Source of the DNA: Desulfatiglandales bacterium
GTDB lineage: Bacteria > Desulfobacterota > DSM-4660 > Desulfatiglandales > Desulfatiglandaceae
Assembly (NCBI GenBank): GCA_963662465.1
Contig: OY759599.1
Coordinates: 4,768,001-4,832,000, forward strand
Direction: 5' to 3'
DNA length: 64,000 nucleotides
How positions within the stretch are numbered: position 1 is the stretch's first letter; the number at the start of each line of letters is the position of its first letter. The notes below the pieces were generated by a model, which did not search any database, had not been told where the DNA came from, and worked only from the letters and a program-made list of their open reading frames with translations. Made by a program: the position numbers and the translations under genes. Positions 39,935-50,433 of this stretch are shown here, in pieces.

Positions 39935-40753
39935 CTACAAAACGTCCGCAAAGGCATGTTTTGAGCGTTCAAAAAAAAGAACGCTCAAAACAAAACATAA
40001 CAGCGTCAAACCCATGGTATAAGCGAGCATGCCAAAGGAAATGAAATGATGCAGCAACACTTGATGATACAGCTCAATAAAAGGATATATGGGATTTATC
40101 TTGATGACCCACCTCAGTTTTTCCGGCACCATGGACAACGGATAGATGATGGGTGTCAGAAAAAACCACAACGACAGGACCGTTCCGATAAAATGTTTAA
40201 TATCCCTCAGAAACACTGATAAACTGGCAATCAGGCATACCATGCCCAGTGTAAACACCATATGGACGGCCACTACCAGGGGCAACCACATCCACGCCAT
40301 GTGAAAATAGCCTTTGAAAATCAAATACACCAAAAACATTATAAAACCGAGACCGTTAAGACAGAACGGAACTATAACCCCTGCCATGGGCAGAATTTCC
40401 AGGGGAAACGCCACCTTTGTAATGAGGTTGGCCCGACCCAGGAAAGCGTCTGTAGCGCTGCTCAAAGCCTCTGAAAAAGCGGTCCATGGCAGGAGCCCGG
40501 TCAAAAAATATACAGCGAAACTGTCAGTCCCCGTTTCCATGGGTTTCATCCTGATCTTCAAAACCAGGGAGAATACAAAAATATAGATGAGCAAATTGGC
40601 CAAGGGCGTCAGAAGACTCCACAAAAAGCCCCCAATAGATCCAGCAAAACGCCCTTTGATTTCGTTCCGAACGAATCCCCAGAACAGGGTTTGATAATGA
40701 AACGGAATTTGCAGCCAGCGTTTAATTATTATAAAAATATTCATGGATAACAT
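39935..40753 (-). CDS. wzm: Glycan ABC exporter permease
   Basis: IKGRFAGSIGGFLWSLLTP, GLLPWTAFSE, KVAFP, FFLTPIIYP, FADVL. Confidence 0.93.
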   Translation of the reverse strand: MLSMNIFIIIKRWLQIPFHYQTLFWGFVRNEIKGRFAGSIGGFLWSLLTPLANLLIYIFVFSLVLKIRMKPMETGTDSFAVYFLTGLLPWTAFSEALSSATDAFLGRANLITKVAFPLEILPMAGVIVPFCLNGLGFIMFLVYLIFKGYFHMAWMWLPLVVAVHMVFTLGMVCLIASLSVFLRDIKHFIGTVLSLWFFLTPIIYPLSMVPEKLRWVIKINPIYPFIELYHQVLLHHFISFGMLAYTMGLTLLCFVLSVLFFERSKHAFADVL

Positions 40754-40808
40754 TTATAAATGGAAGGGAATTATTCAACATTACAGGGTTGTCATTTTAG
40801 CGGCGTTT

Positions 40809-43079
40809 TTATGGCTGGGGGTAAAACTGCTTCATCACGCTCTGCACTTTTTGTTTAAACTCGTTGGTCACCGCTTCCACATCGTCCATGTCGTCCACCA
40901 CCCGGGGCGTAATCAGAACAATCAGTTCAATTTTCTCCGTTTCTTTTCCCCAACTCCCTGTCAAATACCGTATAACGGGGGTATCAATCAAACAGGGAAG
41001 CCCCGTACTCGTCTCCTTTTCCTTGTCCCTGATCAACCCACCGATGGCAATGGTCTGACCGTGCCCCACGGTGAGGGTGGTTTTGACCACCCGCTTAGAA
41101 AAAACGGGGTATTCATTCCCCTCTTTTCCCACAGCCATATTACCGTCGTAATTGCTCACCTCCTCGCTGATATCCATGGTCACCAGTCCCCGCTCGTTGA
41201 TATGGGGCGTAACAGACAGGATCACGCCTGTGTCCCGGTATTCGATGGTGGTTTCACTGAGGGTCGTACCGCTTGAAACGTTTGTTGTACCGCTTGCCAG
41301 GGGAATTTCCCGGGATACATCGATCTTGGCCTCCTGGTTGTCGGAAGCCAGCACATGGGGAGATGAAATGACGTTCAGCTTTCCCTTTGTTGCCAGGGCG
41401 TTCAGTTCCACAAACCATTTGTCGGTGACGCCAATGGAATATTTGAGCCCTCCCGCTCCCACTGTGGCCATAAAACTGGCATTGCTCAAAGCAGCCCCCT
41501 GCCCCAGGGCATATTCCACCCCGAACGAGGTGGAAGAATCCAGGGTAATTTCGGCGATGGTGGCCTCAATCAGCACCTGGCGAGGCATGATATCGATTTG
41601 TTTCAATATCCCGTTAATAATTCTGTAATCCGCCGGGGTTGCCTCGATAATAAGCGCATTTCTGATCTCGTCCGGCGTGATGGTCACATCACCCATCAGG
41701 GTACCGGACCCTTCCCCGGAGGCGCCGGAAGCTTTTTTCCGCTCCGTGGTTTTCCGGGTGGATTCCCCGGCCTTAGCCGCAGCTTTTTCAGCTTTCTTTT
41801 CCGCCATCTTCGCCATTGAAAAGGGATTTCCTTTGACATCGCTTGAGCCGCCGGCTTTCTTTTCCGCTTGTTTCTGGGTTTCCTTGCCGGTCAGCACGTT
41901 GTTTAATAACGTTGCCAGCTCGTTGGCGGAACCGTTTTTGACAAAATAGACAAAAATTCTGGCGGCGACCGTTTCATCCACAATGTCTATTTGACGTACC
42001 AATTCTTCAATTTTATCGAAAACATCGGGTATCGTACTCACCGCCAGGAGTGTATTCAGGCGCTCCAGCGCAATGAATTTAACGATGCCGGTAGAGTCCT
42101 TGGCGTAGGAAGTGGTAAATTCCTTCATGATTTCAGAAACTTCCTTCGCTTCAAGGTACTCCAGGGGGTAAAAACGATAATACACCCGGTCCAGCACATT
42201 GATATCAAAGGTTCCCACCAGCTGCAGGATTTTCAAGATATTGGCGCCTTTATCCACCACCACCAGGGTATTGGTGGACGCACTCACAACGATGGTTCCA
42301 CCGGAAGAGAGAAAGGGGGTTAGCAGTTTTGTCATCTCCTCCACAGACATATATTTGAGGGGGATAATCTGAATAATAACCCTATCCATGGGAGGAACTC
42401 CTTTTTGCCCCAGCGTAAACAGCGCGTCCATCGGCATTCTGGGAGTGTCTTTCATGGGGATGATTTTATAAATCTTCCCCTCCTTCATAACCGCCAAGCC
42501 GTTAAGTTCCAGAATCTGTGAGAAAACCGGAAAAAGGTCGGTTTTCTTCAGTTTACGAGCCGTGTGAATGGTCACTTTTCCTTGAATTCCGGGGTCAACG
42601 ATATAATTGATTTCGAGAAGCTCAGCCATAGTTTTGATGACTTCATAAAGGTCCGCATCGTCAAAGTTGAAAATAATCTGTCCTTCTTCTTCGGGTCCAC
42701 TCCCTGCATTGGAAAGTGAAGCGGCTCTTGATATGTTCCGCTTTGCAGCGGCCTTTTTTCCGAATACTTTGGTGGACCTATATCGGTCCCTGGAAGATTC
42801 CGTCGACGCTCTTCCAGAGACCGGGGAAGGCGCTTTTCCAATCACTGGCGACGCCGTTTTCGTCTGCTCTTCCGAGGGCGTCGCAGATCCTTTTGCACCC
42901 TGATGCGCGTTTTCATAATTTTTTGCGGCATCCTCGATAATATCTGCTTCAAGGGGCGCCTTACCGGATGCCTTCCCCCGGTCGCCCATCGTCTCGCTGC
43001 CCGCACAACCGGCCAAAAAAACTGCCGCCATGATCATGACGATGATAAACAGGTTCGTTTTGATAAAGCATTTTCGCAT
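40809..43079 (-). CDS. gspD: Type II secretion secretin with lipoprotein signal
   Basis: FNFDDADL (N0), RQVLIEATIAE, YRDTGVILSVTPHI, IAIGGLI, ELIVLITPRVV; lipobox FLAGC after start ATG 43079. Confidence 0.92.
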   Translation of the reverse strand: MRKCFIKTNLFIIVMIMAAVFLAGCAGSETMGDRGKASGKAPLEADIIEDAAKNYENAHQGAKGSATPSEEQTKTASPVIGKAPSPVSGRASTESSRDRYRSTKVFGKKAAAKRNISRAASLSNAGSGPEEEGQIIFNFDDADLYEVIKTMAELLEINYIVDPGIQGKVTIHTARKLKKTDLFPVFSQILELNGLAVMKEGKIYKIIPMKDTPRMPMDALFTLGQKGVPPMDRVIIQIIPLKYMSVEEMTKLLTPFLSSGGTIVVSASTNTLVVVDKGANILKILQLVGTFDINVLDRVYYRFYPLEYLEAKEVSEIMKEFTTSYAKDSTGIVKFIALERLNTLLAVSTIPDVFDKIEELVRQIDIVDETVAARIFVYFVKNGSANELATLLNNVLTGKETQKQAEKKAGGSSDVKGNPFSMAKMAEKKAEKAAAKAGESTRKTTERKKASGASGEGSGTLMGDVTITPDEIRNALIIEATPADYRIINGILKQIDIMPRQVLIEATIAEITLDSSTSFGVEYALGQGAALSNASFMATVGAGGLKYSIGVTDKWFVELNALATKGKLNVISSPHVLASDNQEAKIDVSREIPLASGTTNVSSGTTLSETTIEYRDTGVILSVTPHINERGLVTMDISEEVSNYDGNMAVGKEGNEYPVFSKRVVKTTLTVGHGQTIAIGGLIRDKEKETSTGLPCLIDTPVIRYLTGSWGKETEKIELIVLITPRVVDDMDDVEAVTNEFKQKVQSVMKQFYPQP

Positions 43080-43219
43080 ACGATTACAATACCTTAGCTT
43101 CCTTGGGGCGCATTTGGAAAAAAACGGCCAATTGGATTGCCGGAAGTCTCTATTCCCCAAAAAAAACGCCCTAAATTCAAAAGTCTTTAAGTGTTGAATT
43201 CCCATACCCGTCAAAACCG

Positions 43220-44020
43220 CTACTGAGTCTGAGGAATCCCGAATCCGCCCGTTTGCCGCTTTTTCAGATTCCTTTCAATATTCTCCTGCATCGCCGGAGG
43301 ACGACCACCGCGTGGCGGCGCTGTCGCTTCCGGCGCCTTCTTTGCGGCTGAGGAAGGAACGGTCTTTTTTACGTTGACATTCGCAATCGGTGCGTTAATG
43401 GACGCACCCACCACGGTGGGACCGGGTTTGGGCTTTGCGGCCCCACGGTTTTTTACTTGTTCATTGCCATACAACAGCAGATCATAAGACTGACCGCCGG
43501 CTTCCAGGAGAACCCTGTCGGGTTTGATGGCCACGACCTTAAAATCATCCAGGGCATCGCCGGCTTTAACCCATTTTGTCTGTTTAACGGTTGGGGTCCT
43601 CTTTGGTTTTGTTCCCCGTTTGAAAACAAGCGGAGTCGTCGGGCAGGATACAAGCGCCTCAGCGGAATCATCGGTGATCACCATACCATATAGGGTAAAT
43701 TTGCTGAAATTTTTCTCAATGTTTTTTTGTTCCACAGCGCTCAGTGTTTTTGTTTTTTCATCCGGCGTTGTTTCATCGGGAACTACTTCAGTCCGTTCCG
43801 GTGAAAAAAGGTTCAGGGTCATCAACGCATCATATTCCGATTCAGGGGGAACCTTTCTTTCATGGAACGTTCCCAGGGGTTTTACGACCCGCTGAACCGG
43901 TTTTTCCGCCATCTCAGGGATTCCACTATTTTCCTGGAACCACACCCCGTACGCCTTCAAACCCAAAAAAGCGACCAACAGGGCGAGGATGACGTTAACA
44001 AACCATATCCTTGAAACCAT
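43220..44020 (-). CDS. gspC: GspC-like inner-membrane T2SS protein (no PDZ seen)
   Basis: N-terminal TM, NLFSPER, TLYGMVI, VKAGDALDDFKVVAIKPDRVLL; position in cluster. Confidence 0.7.
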   Translation of the reverse strand: MVSRIWFVNVILALLVAFLGLKAYGVWFQENSGIPEMAEKPVQRVVKPLGTFHERKVPPESEYDALMTLNLFSPERTEVVPDETTPDEKTKTLSAVEQKNIEKNFSKFTLYGMVITDDSAEALVSCPTTPLVFKRGTKPKRTPTVKQTKWVKAGDALDDFKVVAIKPDRVLLEAGGQSYDLLLYGNEQVKNRGAAKPKPGPTVVGASINAPIANVNVKKTVPSSAAKKAPEATAPPRGGRPPAMQENIERNLKKRQTGGFGIPQTQ

Positions 44021-44042
44021 CTAAAAACCCTTCTATTCAGAT

Positions 44043-44624
44043 TTAGTCATCCGACCGCTTTAAAAAACCGTTGATCGTAATATCGGCGTTAACGCTTTCC
44101 GCCGTCTTTGTCGTCCCGCGTCGCAATCGCCTTCGGCTGACAGTAATTCCCAGCTTTTCCACTGTCAAGTATTTTGAAGAGGTCATGATCTGGTACAGAA
44201 ATTCCTTTAGCTGCCGGACGGTGCCGGCGACGGACAATTGAACGGGAATGCTCAGATAGTGGTTTCCGCCCACATCCTCCGGCTTCAGGACCCGGACCGT
44301 TTTGATCCCCATTTGAGATTTATCCGCCATCTCACGCACGACTTTCTGAATATCCGCAGCAGCCAATGCGGGGGTTTTTCCGGTCAAAAGTCCGGACTCC
44401 CCCTGCTTGAGGGTTGCCTTTAAAACTGCAATATCCTTTTCCAGATTGTCGCCGGACTGAAACATCCGACGGTATTTGACAAGCTGTTTTTCCTTAAGTG
44501 CGATATTGCCGTCAGCACCGGAAATATCCTGTATTTGGGGCCATAGCCGGTATACGACCCCTACCATCAGAAGAAAGGCCATCGCTATTAAAAAATATTT
44601 TCTTTTCTTGTCTAGTTTAAACAT
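44043..44624 (-). CDS. gspM: T2SS protein M (PilO-like)
   Basis: TM plus coiled coil, ALAAADIQ, IPVQLSVAGTVRQLKEFLYQI. Confidence 0.8.
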   Translation of the reverse strand: MFKLDKKRKYFLIAMAFLLMVGVVYRLWPQIQDISGADGNIALKEKQLVKYRRMFQSGDNLEKDIAVLKATLKQGESGLLTGKTPALAAADIQKVVREMADKSQMGIKTVRVLKPEDVGGNHYLSIPVQLSVAGTVRQLKEFLYQIMTSSKYLTVEKLGITVSRRRLRRGTTKTAESVNADITINGFLKRSDD

Positions 44625-44631
44625 TTTGTCT

Positions 44632-45996
44632 TCATTTAAGGCTCAGACCCACTCGAAACCTTTCCTTGCCGTCGCGGACCCTGGTAATGGCGGAGAGAAA
44701 AGCCACACCGCCAAACATGGGAGACGCTTCCAGAAGCGGAATGAGTTCCGAAGCCGATGTCGCCTCCCCTTGTATCTGAACACCCTTTTCCGAAAAATCG
44801 AACCGATTGACCCAGGCATCCTCGGGGATTCTTTCAGACAATTCTTTCAACACGCTCAGGACGGACGGACTGCCCCGGCGAAGGGTATTCAGATAATTGA
44901 TGCGATCCTCAATTTCCTTTTTTTCTGTTTTGACCCGCTCAATTTTTTTCAGCTGAGACCCCAACCTTTGGATTTCCCCCTCCAGTCGATCCAGTGCCCA
45001 TTGACGTTGGAGAAAGACGCCTCCCCCCCAGGCAAGCCCCCCCAAAAGGATCAGGAACGACAACCCGAAGATGGCATAAAATTTGAATTTACTGGGTTTT
45101 TTCCGCAGCGCAGACGGCAGCAGATTGATATTGATGGAAGTCTTCCGAATCCCTTTCAAGGCAAGGCCGTAGGCTGTCATCACGGTACCGGAAGGAATTT
45201 GCGCCTTGGAGAGATCCGGCAAACGAATATTGATGCCATCTATCCCGGAAAGAGACTCTAGCAAGGGCACATCCGTTTCCATTCCGGAGAATACCGTATC
45301 GATAGGGTCATCGCCCTCTCCAAAGTCTTGGCACATTCTTGAAAGCGCCGCCGGAATGACCGCCGGCAGGTCGTCGTTTCTTGACAAGCGCCTGGAATAC
45401 CGGAGCATGCCGTCTTTGACAAGCCCCAATTCAAGGTCGCCGCGACGCATATGGATAAATGAGATCACATTGCCTTTTTCGCCACGGCGAAAAAAATAGT
45501 TTGCCAGCGCCGTTGAGCTGATCTCAACACCGGAAATGCCGACGTCCAATCGTCTCGCAAGGGCCAGAATGGGCGACAGGGTCTGTTTTTTCACCACCAC
45601 AAGAAGCAATTGCAAGCGTCCGACGGCTTTATCCTCTGAAATAATCTGGAAATCGAAATATACATCCTCCGGGTTGAACGGCACATGCTTTTCCAATTCA
45701 TAGCCCAGACTTTCTCGGAGATTCTCCTTAACGGCAATGGGAAATTCCAGATATCTCAGGATGGCAGTATTGCGCGGGATGCCTAAAAACATAGAGGTGG
45801 GGGAAATCCGGTTCTCCCGTAGAAACCCTTGGATCAATTCAAAAATGCCCTTGGCCTTTTCCTCATCCACGACACCTTCTTCAAGTGGATAAGCTGCATG
45901 CGCCACCAGTTGAACGTCCCTGGATGAGGCCTTCAGGCAGACCAGGCAAAGCGCCCCTTCCTGAATGTCAACGCCGAGGCTTGTTTGAAAAAGCAT
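44632..45996 (-). CDS. gspL: T2SS protein L (PilM/PilN-like fusion)
   Basis: LGVDI, HVPFNPEDVYFDF, AYGLAL, INLLP, TM, PilN-like C-terminus. Confidence 0.8.
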   Translation of the reverse strand: MLFQTSLGVDIQEGALCLVCLKASSRDVQLVAHAAYPLEEGVVDEEKAKGIFELIQGFLRENRISPTSMFLGIPRNTAILRYLEFPIAVKENLRESLGYELEKHVPFNPEDVYFDFQIISEDKAVGRLQLLLVVVKKQTLSPILALARRLDVGISGVEISSTALANYFFRRGEKGNVISFIHMRRGDLELGLVKDGMLRYSRRLSRNDDLPAVIPAALSRMCQDFGEGDDPIDTVFSGMETDVPLLESLSGIDGINIRLPDLSKAQIPSGTVMTAYGLALKGIRKTSININLLPSALRKKPSKFKFYAIFGLSFLILLGGLAWGGGVFLQRQWALDRLEGEIQRLGSQLKKIERVKTEKKEIEDRINYLNTLRRGSPSVLSVLKELSERIPEDAWVNRFDFSEKGVQIQGEATSASELIPLLEASPMFGGVAFLSAITRVRDGKERFRVGLSLK

Positions 45997-46017
45997 GAAT
46001 AGTCCCTCTGAAAAAGG

Positions 46018-47067
46018 TCATTCGTTTGGTTTTGCGGATGGACCTGCCGGCAATGTCGCACGGTCGTTCCACTGAACCACGCGGTAACCCTTTTTGATGG
46101 TGCGATTGATCTCCACCACGGCCTCTACGCCTTGCCGCGTTCTGCTGTCGGCAATCTTTCCCTCGGACACAATCTGATAATAGGCACTGGGGGTCAGGGT
46201 AATATAGCGAGAGATGGCCCCATATACTTCGGCGCCCAGAAGCGTGGCAACTTCTCCCAAAGATTTGAAATCCGCCTCTTTTCTGAAGACCATAATCGAT
46301 TGGGCCAGGTCGCCGGTCATTTGCGGCAAAGAAAGCAACATGGCCCTGGATGCGGCATTAATGCAGATTTTGGACCCGCCAGCCTTGGTGGACCCCCTTC
46401 TGACTTTCCCCCGCCTGGAACCGCTGTCCTGAAATGCCGTCACCATACGGTTGAGGCCGCCATAAAATATTTCCGGTGTGATCCCCCGGACCATGAGCAG
46501 CTCTTCTATGGCGTCAAAATTACCATTTTTGCAGTCATAGGGCTTCGGAAGAGATTGATAATAGTCATTCTCCGCGCCGTTCAACCCATGAAGATCGTTT
46601 TCGTCCCGCCAGTCGATAATGGAATCAACAATAATGCTTTTTTCCTGTTCCTCAAGGTCAAATCCGTTCAACATCATCTTCAAAAGAGATTCATCCGCGT
46701 CGTTAAGATTGATCTTCCCCGCTTCATTTCCGATGCGCACTAAAAACTGCCCCTGTGCAAAAGGAACCGGCGGGATATCGGTATTCATCCGCCAGCGCGG
46801 CGATGTTTCAGCCGCCGCTTCATCGTCATTTCCAAGCAGTTTATTTTTCTTTGGAGAAAATTCATTTCGGATCAATTCGGTTACGGCACGGTTAAAACCC
46901 GCCAGGGCAATGTAATAGGCCTCGGTTTGTTCCTTGAAATTGCGGACCATATTGACCTCAGTCCGCATGGCAAAACAAAATTCCGTTGCAATGGCAGAGA
47001 GGAGGATCAACACCCACAGCACCATAAAAAGCGCCATCCCCTTCTCATGGGTGAACTCTTTTTTCAT
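46018..47067 (-). CDS. gspK: T2SS minor pseudopilin K
   Basis: G-MALFMVLW N-terminus, GKINLN, IIDWRDEND, GAENDYY, ELLMVRG. Confidence 0.92.
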   Translation of the reverse strand: MKKEFTHEKGMALFMVLWVLILLSAIATEFCFAMRTEVNMVRNFKEQTEAYYIALAGFNRAVTELIRNEFSPKKNKLLGNDDEAAAETSPRWRMNTDIPPVPFAQGQFLVRIGNEAGKINLNDADESLLKMMLNGFDLEEQEKSIIVDSIIDWRDENDLHGLNGAENDYYQSLPKPYDCKNGNFDAIEELLMVRGITPEIFYGGLNRMVTAFQDSGSRRGKVRRGSTKAGGSKICINAASRAMLLSLPQMTGDLAQSIMVFRKEADFKSLGEVATLLGAEVYGAISRYITLTPSAYYQIVSEGKIADSRTRQGVEAVVEINRTIKKGYRVVQWNDRATLPAGPSAKPNE

Positions 47068-47077
47068 GATACGTCGG

Positions 47078-47743
47078 TTACTCTTTCCGGCACCGAATCG
47101 GCACGATCACGTCAATGGGCGCCGCGTCTTTACTTTGCTGGAGAACAATTTTCACCGCAAGCGGCATCCCTTCATCTTCAGGAGAATGCCAAGCGGTTTG
47201 CCAGTTCGTTTTGCTTTCCTCTTGCGTCTCTTTCAGAAATTCAAACTGAAAATCTTGAATGCCTGAAATCAAGGTAACGAAATCTTCGTCTTTCCAACCC
47301 TCAAGGTCTTCCTCTTTCAGGAAACCCGCATCTTTCTCGTAGAGCATGAGCCGCATTTTCCCTTTCCCGCCGGTCTCCTGAACCATGTATTTCACGAAAA
47401 CCACGCCGGTAAGCGCTCCCGGCACAATGGGGTTGCGGGAAACAAATGCCATGGTCTTTTCGGAACCGCTAAAAACCAGGGGTTCATCGCCCACTTTTAT
47501 CTCATGGATGAAGGCGCTTGCAATCTGTTGCGCCATGAGCCCTAAAACGGCCCGCTGCCGCTGCTCGATGTCCGTATCTTTTTCGCCCTTTTCCCACGCC
47601 CGCGTGCCAATCCTGAGAGCGCCGAAAATAATCAGCAGAATGACCCCCAAAATGGTTAGCGACAGCATGAGTTCCAAAAGCGTAAAGCCTGAAGAACCGG
47701 AAGTTAAATATGGGATACGGGATATGAAACGTTGCCGGGCCAT
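47078..47743 (-). CDS. gspJ: T2SS minor pseudopilin J
   Basis: GFTLLELM prepilin motif; MPLAVKI near C-terminus. Confidence 0.85.
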   Translation of the reverse strand: MARQRFISRIPYLTSGSSGFTLLELMLSLTILGVILLIIFGALRIGTRAWEKGEKDTDIEQRQRAVLGLMAQQIASAFIHEIKVGDEPLVFSGSEKTMAFVSRNPIVPGALTGVVFVKYMVQETGGKGKMRLMLYEKDAGFLKEEDLEGWKDEDFVTLISGIQDFQFEFLKETQEESKTNWQTAWHSPEDEGMPLAVKIVLQQSKDAAPIDVIVPIRCRKE

Positions 47744-47761
47744 TGTTTAAAAAAAACCGTT

Positions 47762-48187
47762 CTACCCCTCCTTTTTCTTTTCAACCGCTTTCAGGGTGTT
47801 AATGGTAAAGTTTTTTTCCTTTTCGCCTTCACGCCAGGCAATGTTAACCTTGATGTTCAGCAAATCAAAGGGTAGGTTTTCTTCCGCCTCTTCAGGGACG
47901 ATTCGGGTGATAACGGTTCGCCACTGATAAGCATCCTCAAATTCCCCTTGGGTTTCTCCTTCCAAGTAATCCGGGGAAAGCTGCATTTCCGCCATTTTTT
48001 CCCTGGCATGAAATATGCCCCGCGTGTATTGTTCCGACAATTTGCGTGATTTAAGGCCGCCTGAAAAAAGCTGTAGAATGACGACCAGAGAAATGGCCAG
48101 GACGGAAGTGGCCACAAGAATTTCAATGAGTGCAAACCCTCCGGTTATCCCGGGCGACCTTGTCCCCGCCATCTGATCCGGCTTCAT
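47762..48187 (-). CDS. gspI: T2SS minor pseudopilin I
   Basis: GFALIEILVA motif; size and position. Confidence 0.85.
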   Translation of the reverse strand: MKPDQMAGTRSPGITGGFALIEILVATSVLAISLVVILQLFSGGLKSRKLSEQYTRGIFHAREKMAEMQLSPDYLEGETQGEFEDAYQWRTVITRIVPEEAEENLPFDLLNIKVNIAWREGEKEKNFTINTLKAVEKKKEG

Positions 48188-48684
48188 GAGGCCTCCACAC
48201 GCACCGTGCCGGTAATAAAGTCGATTTTGATAGCGAATTCATGCTTGCGATTATTTTCTAAAAGGACGGTTCCCCCGCTGCTGCAGCCGCTGGGCATAAA
48301 GACAACGGCAAAAAAACGAGAATCGCTTTCACTGCCGTCAAAGGCCCGTGCGTCCTTAAATTTCACATCCCCCGGCAAGGTATAGCGCTTTATCCGATTT
48401 TCGCCCGGTTTCAAAGGGGCGGTTTCATCTTCCTTGTCCGTGGAATTTATATCGGACTTGATGGTCATCCGATTTTGATTGAGATCCAAAAGGGCAACGT
48501 AGGGCACACTTTCCGTTATGGCCCGACTCCTGGCGTATCTCAGGGAGGCCGCCACTCTTTTTGAAGCGGTTTTTAATGCCACATTGCTGAGGGTGCCGGC
48601 CACCTTCGGAACCACAAATGCCGAAAAGACACTGATGATCACCAGCACCACCAACAACTCAATCAGTGAAAATCCCTTTTTCAT
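48184..48684 (-). CDS. gspH: T2SS minor pseudopilin H
   Basis: GFSLIELLVV, LRYARSRAI, FMPSGCSSGG, ITGTV. Confidence 0.85.
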   Translation of the reverse strand: MKKGFSLIELLVVLVIISVFSAFVVPKVAGTLSNVALKTASKRVAASLRYARSRAITESVPYVALLDLNQNRMTIKSDINSTDKEDETAPLKPGENRIKRYTLPGDVKFKDARAFDGSESDSRFFAVVFMPSGCSSGGTVLLENNRKHEFAIKIDFITGTVRVEAS

Positions 48685-48735
48685 CCCAAAGCGGGCGATG
48701 CCCGCAACCCCAAGGTATTTAAAACCCGCAATTCT

Positions 48736-49182
48736 CTAAGAACCGGCGTCTTCCGCATCCCCGTCCCGATTGGAAATATCCTTATCTTCGCCCTCTCCGC
48801 CTTCGGTTCCGTTAGCCCCCAGAGAAATCATCTCAACTTCGCCGTTGTCGGCTCGCCTGTACATATAAGGATGACCCCATGGATCCTTGGGCAATGCCTT
48901 TGACAGATAGGGCCCGTCCCATTTTTCTTCATCGCCGGGGTTGGTTCTGAGGGCCTGAAGACCCTGCTCCGTTGTGGGATATTTGCCCACATCCAGCCGG
49001 TAGGTATCCAGCGCGGTTTCAAAGAGGGCCATCTGCGATCGGGCCGCGTTCTGCTTTGACTTGCCCACCTTTCCAAACATGCGGGGTCCCACCAAGGCCG
49101 CCAGAAGCCCCATAATAACCATGACAATCAATAATTCAATCAGACTGAACCCCATTTCATTTTTTTTTCGCTTCTTCATCAT
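48736..49182 (-). CDS. gspG: T2SS major pseudopilin G
   Basis: GFSLIELLIV, YRLDVGKYPTTEQGLQAL, WDGPYL, PKDPWG, GEGEDKDI. Confidence 0.95.
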   Translation of the reverse strand: MMKKRKKNEMGFSLIELLIVMVIMGLLAALVGPRMFGKVGKSKQNAARSQMALFETALDTYRLDVGKYPTTEQGLQALRTNPGDEEKWDGPYLSKALPKDPWGHPYMYRRADNGEVEMISLGANGTEGGEGEDKDISNRDGDAEDAGS

Positions 49183-49201
49183 AACTCCTTTCGCGTTCCC
49201 G

Positions 49202-50431
49202 TCAAAAAGGCATTTCATTCATACTGAATACGGCCATGAGCATGGAAACCACCACAAACCCCACGACGAGTCCCATGAGCAGGATCATGGTCGGTTCCAA
49301 CAGGCTGATGAGCCGTTTGACCATATTCCGAACCATTTTTTCGTAACTTTCCGCCACTCGCAAAAGCATGCGGTCCAGTTTTCCCGTCTCTTCTCCCACA
49401 GTGATCATCTGAATGGCAAGGGGCGGAAAAATCCCCGTATCCCGCAACGGTTTTGACAAGCGGTCCCCTTCCTTCACCCGGGCATAGACGTTTTCCATTG
49501 CCTCTGAAATGACCCTGTTCCCCACAATGTCTTTGACCAGCATAAGGGCCTGCAAAATAGGAACGCCGCTTTTTGTCAATGTTCCGAGGGTTCTGGCAAA
49601 CCGGGCCACCTCAATTTTCTTGACGAGATCCCCCACCACGGGAAATTTCATTTTTTTGCGGTCGAATTTCAAACGTCCCGCAGGCGTTTTCAGATACTTT
49701 CTCAAGAAAAAATAGGCCGCTCCCAATACGGCCAGAATGGCCCACCAGTAGGATTGCAGCAGCTCGCTAATCCCCAGCAAAAGCTGGGTGCTGAGGGGAA
49801 TGGCTTGGCCCATGTCCGAGAAAATAATCGAGAATTTGGGAATAACAAAGGTCAGGAGTATAATAATGGACAACCCTCCCACGCCCACCAGAAAAATAGG
49901 GTACACCATGGCTGATTTGATATAATCTTTAAGTTCCTGGGAGCTTTCCATGAACTCCCCCAACCGGCTCAGAACCGCCTCCAAAACGCCTCCGGCCTCT
50001 CCGGCCCGCACCATGCTGACGTAAAATGAGGTGAAAGCCTTTGGGTGCTTTGCCAGGGCATCCGATAGATATCCGCCGCCCTGAACAGTTTTAAGGATAT
50101 CGCCCACCACCATTTCGAATGGTTTTTTTTCAGCGGATTCAATCAACAGGGAAAGCGCCCGATCAACCGGCAGGCCGGCTTCCAGCAAGGTGGCAAGATC
50201 CTGGGTGAAAACCATAACGTCTTTGGAAGAGACGCCATTCAGGAGACCGAGAAACTGCTCGCCAAGATTCGATGCCAACCCCTTGCCGTTCCCTTTGGCC
50301 TGAATGATCCGCATGGGAATCAGACCAAGGGCCTGCAGTTGGGCAACCGCCTTCTTTTCTTCATCCGCTTCAAGGGTTCCGGTAACAATTTTGCCGGCGC
50401 TGTCAGCGGCTTTGTATGAGTATGTGGTCAT
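49202..50431 (-). CDS. gspF: T2SS inner membrane platform protein F
   Basis: FTQDLATLLEAGLP, RAGEAGG, AMVYP, VGEETGKL, LLEP. Confidence 0.95.
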   Translation of the reverse strand: MTTYSYKAADSAGKIVTGTLEADEEKKAVAQLQALGLIPMRIIQAKGNGKGLASNLGEQFLGLLNGVSSKDVMVFTQDLATLLEAGLPVDRALSLLIESAEKKPFEMVVGDILKTVQGGGYLSDALAKHPKAFTSFYVSMVRAGEAGGVLEAVLSRLGEFMESSQELKDYIKSAMVYPIFLVGVGGLSIIILLTFVIPKFSIIFSDMGQAIPLSTQLLLGISELLQSYWWAILAVLGAAYFFLRKYLKTPAGRLKFDRKKMKFPVVGDLVKKIEVARFARTLGTLTKSGVPILQALMLVKDIVGNRVISEAMENVYARVKEGDRLSKPLRDTGIFPPLAIQMITVGEETGKLDRMLLRVAESYEKMVRNMVKRLISLLEPTMILLMGLVVGFVVVSMLMAVFSMNEMPF

Positions 50432-50433
50432 GC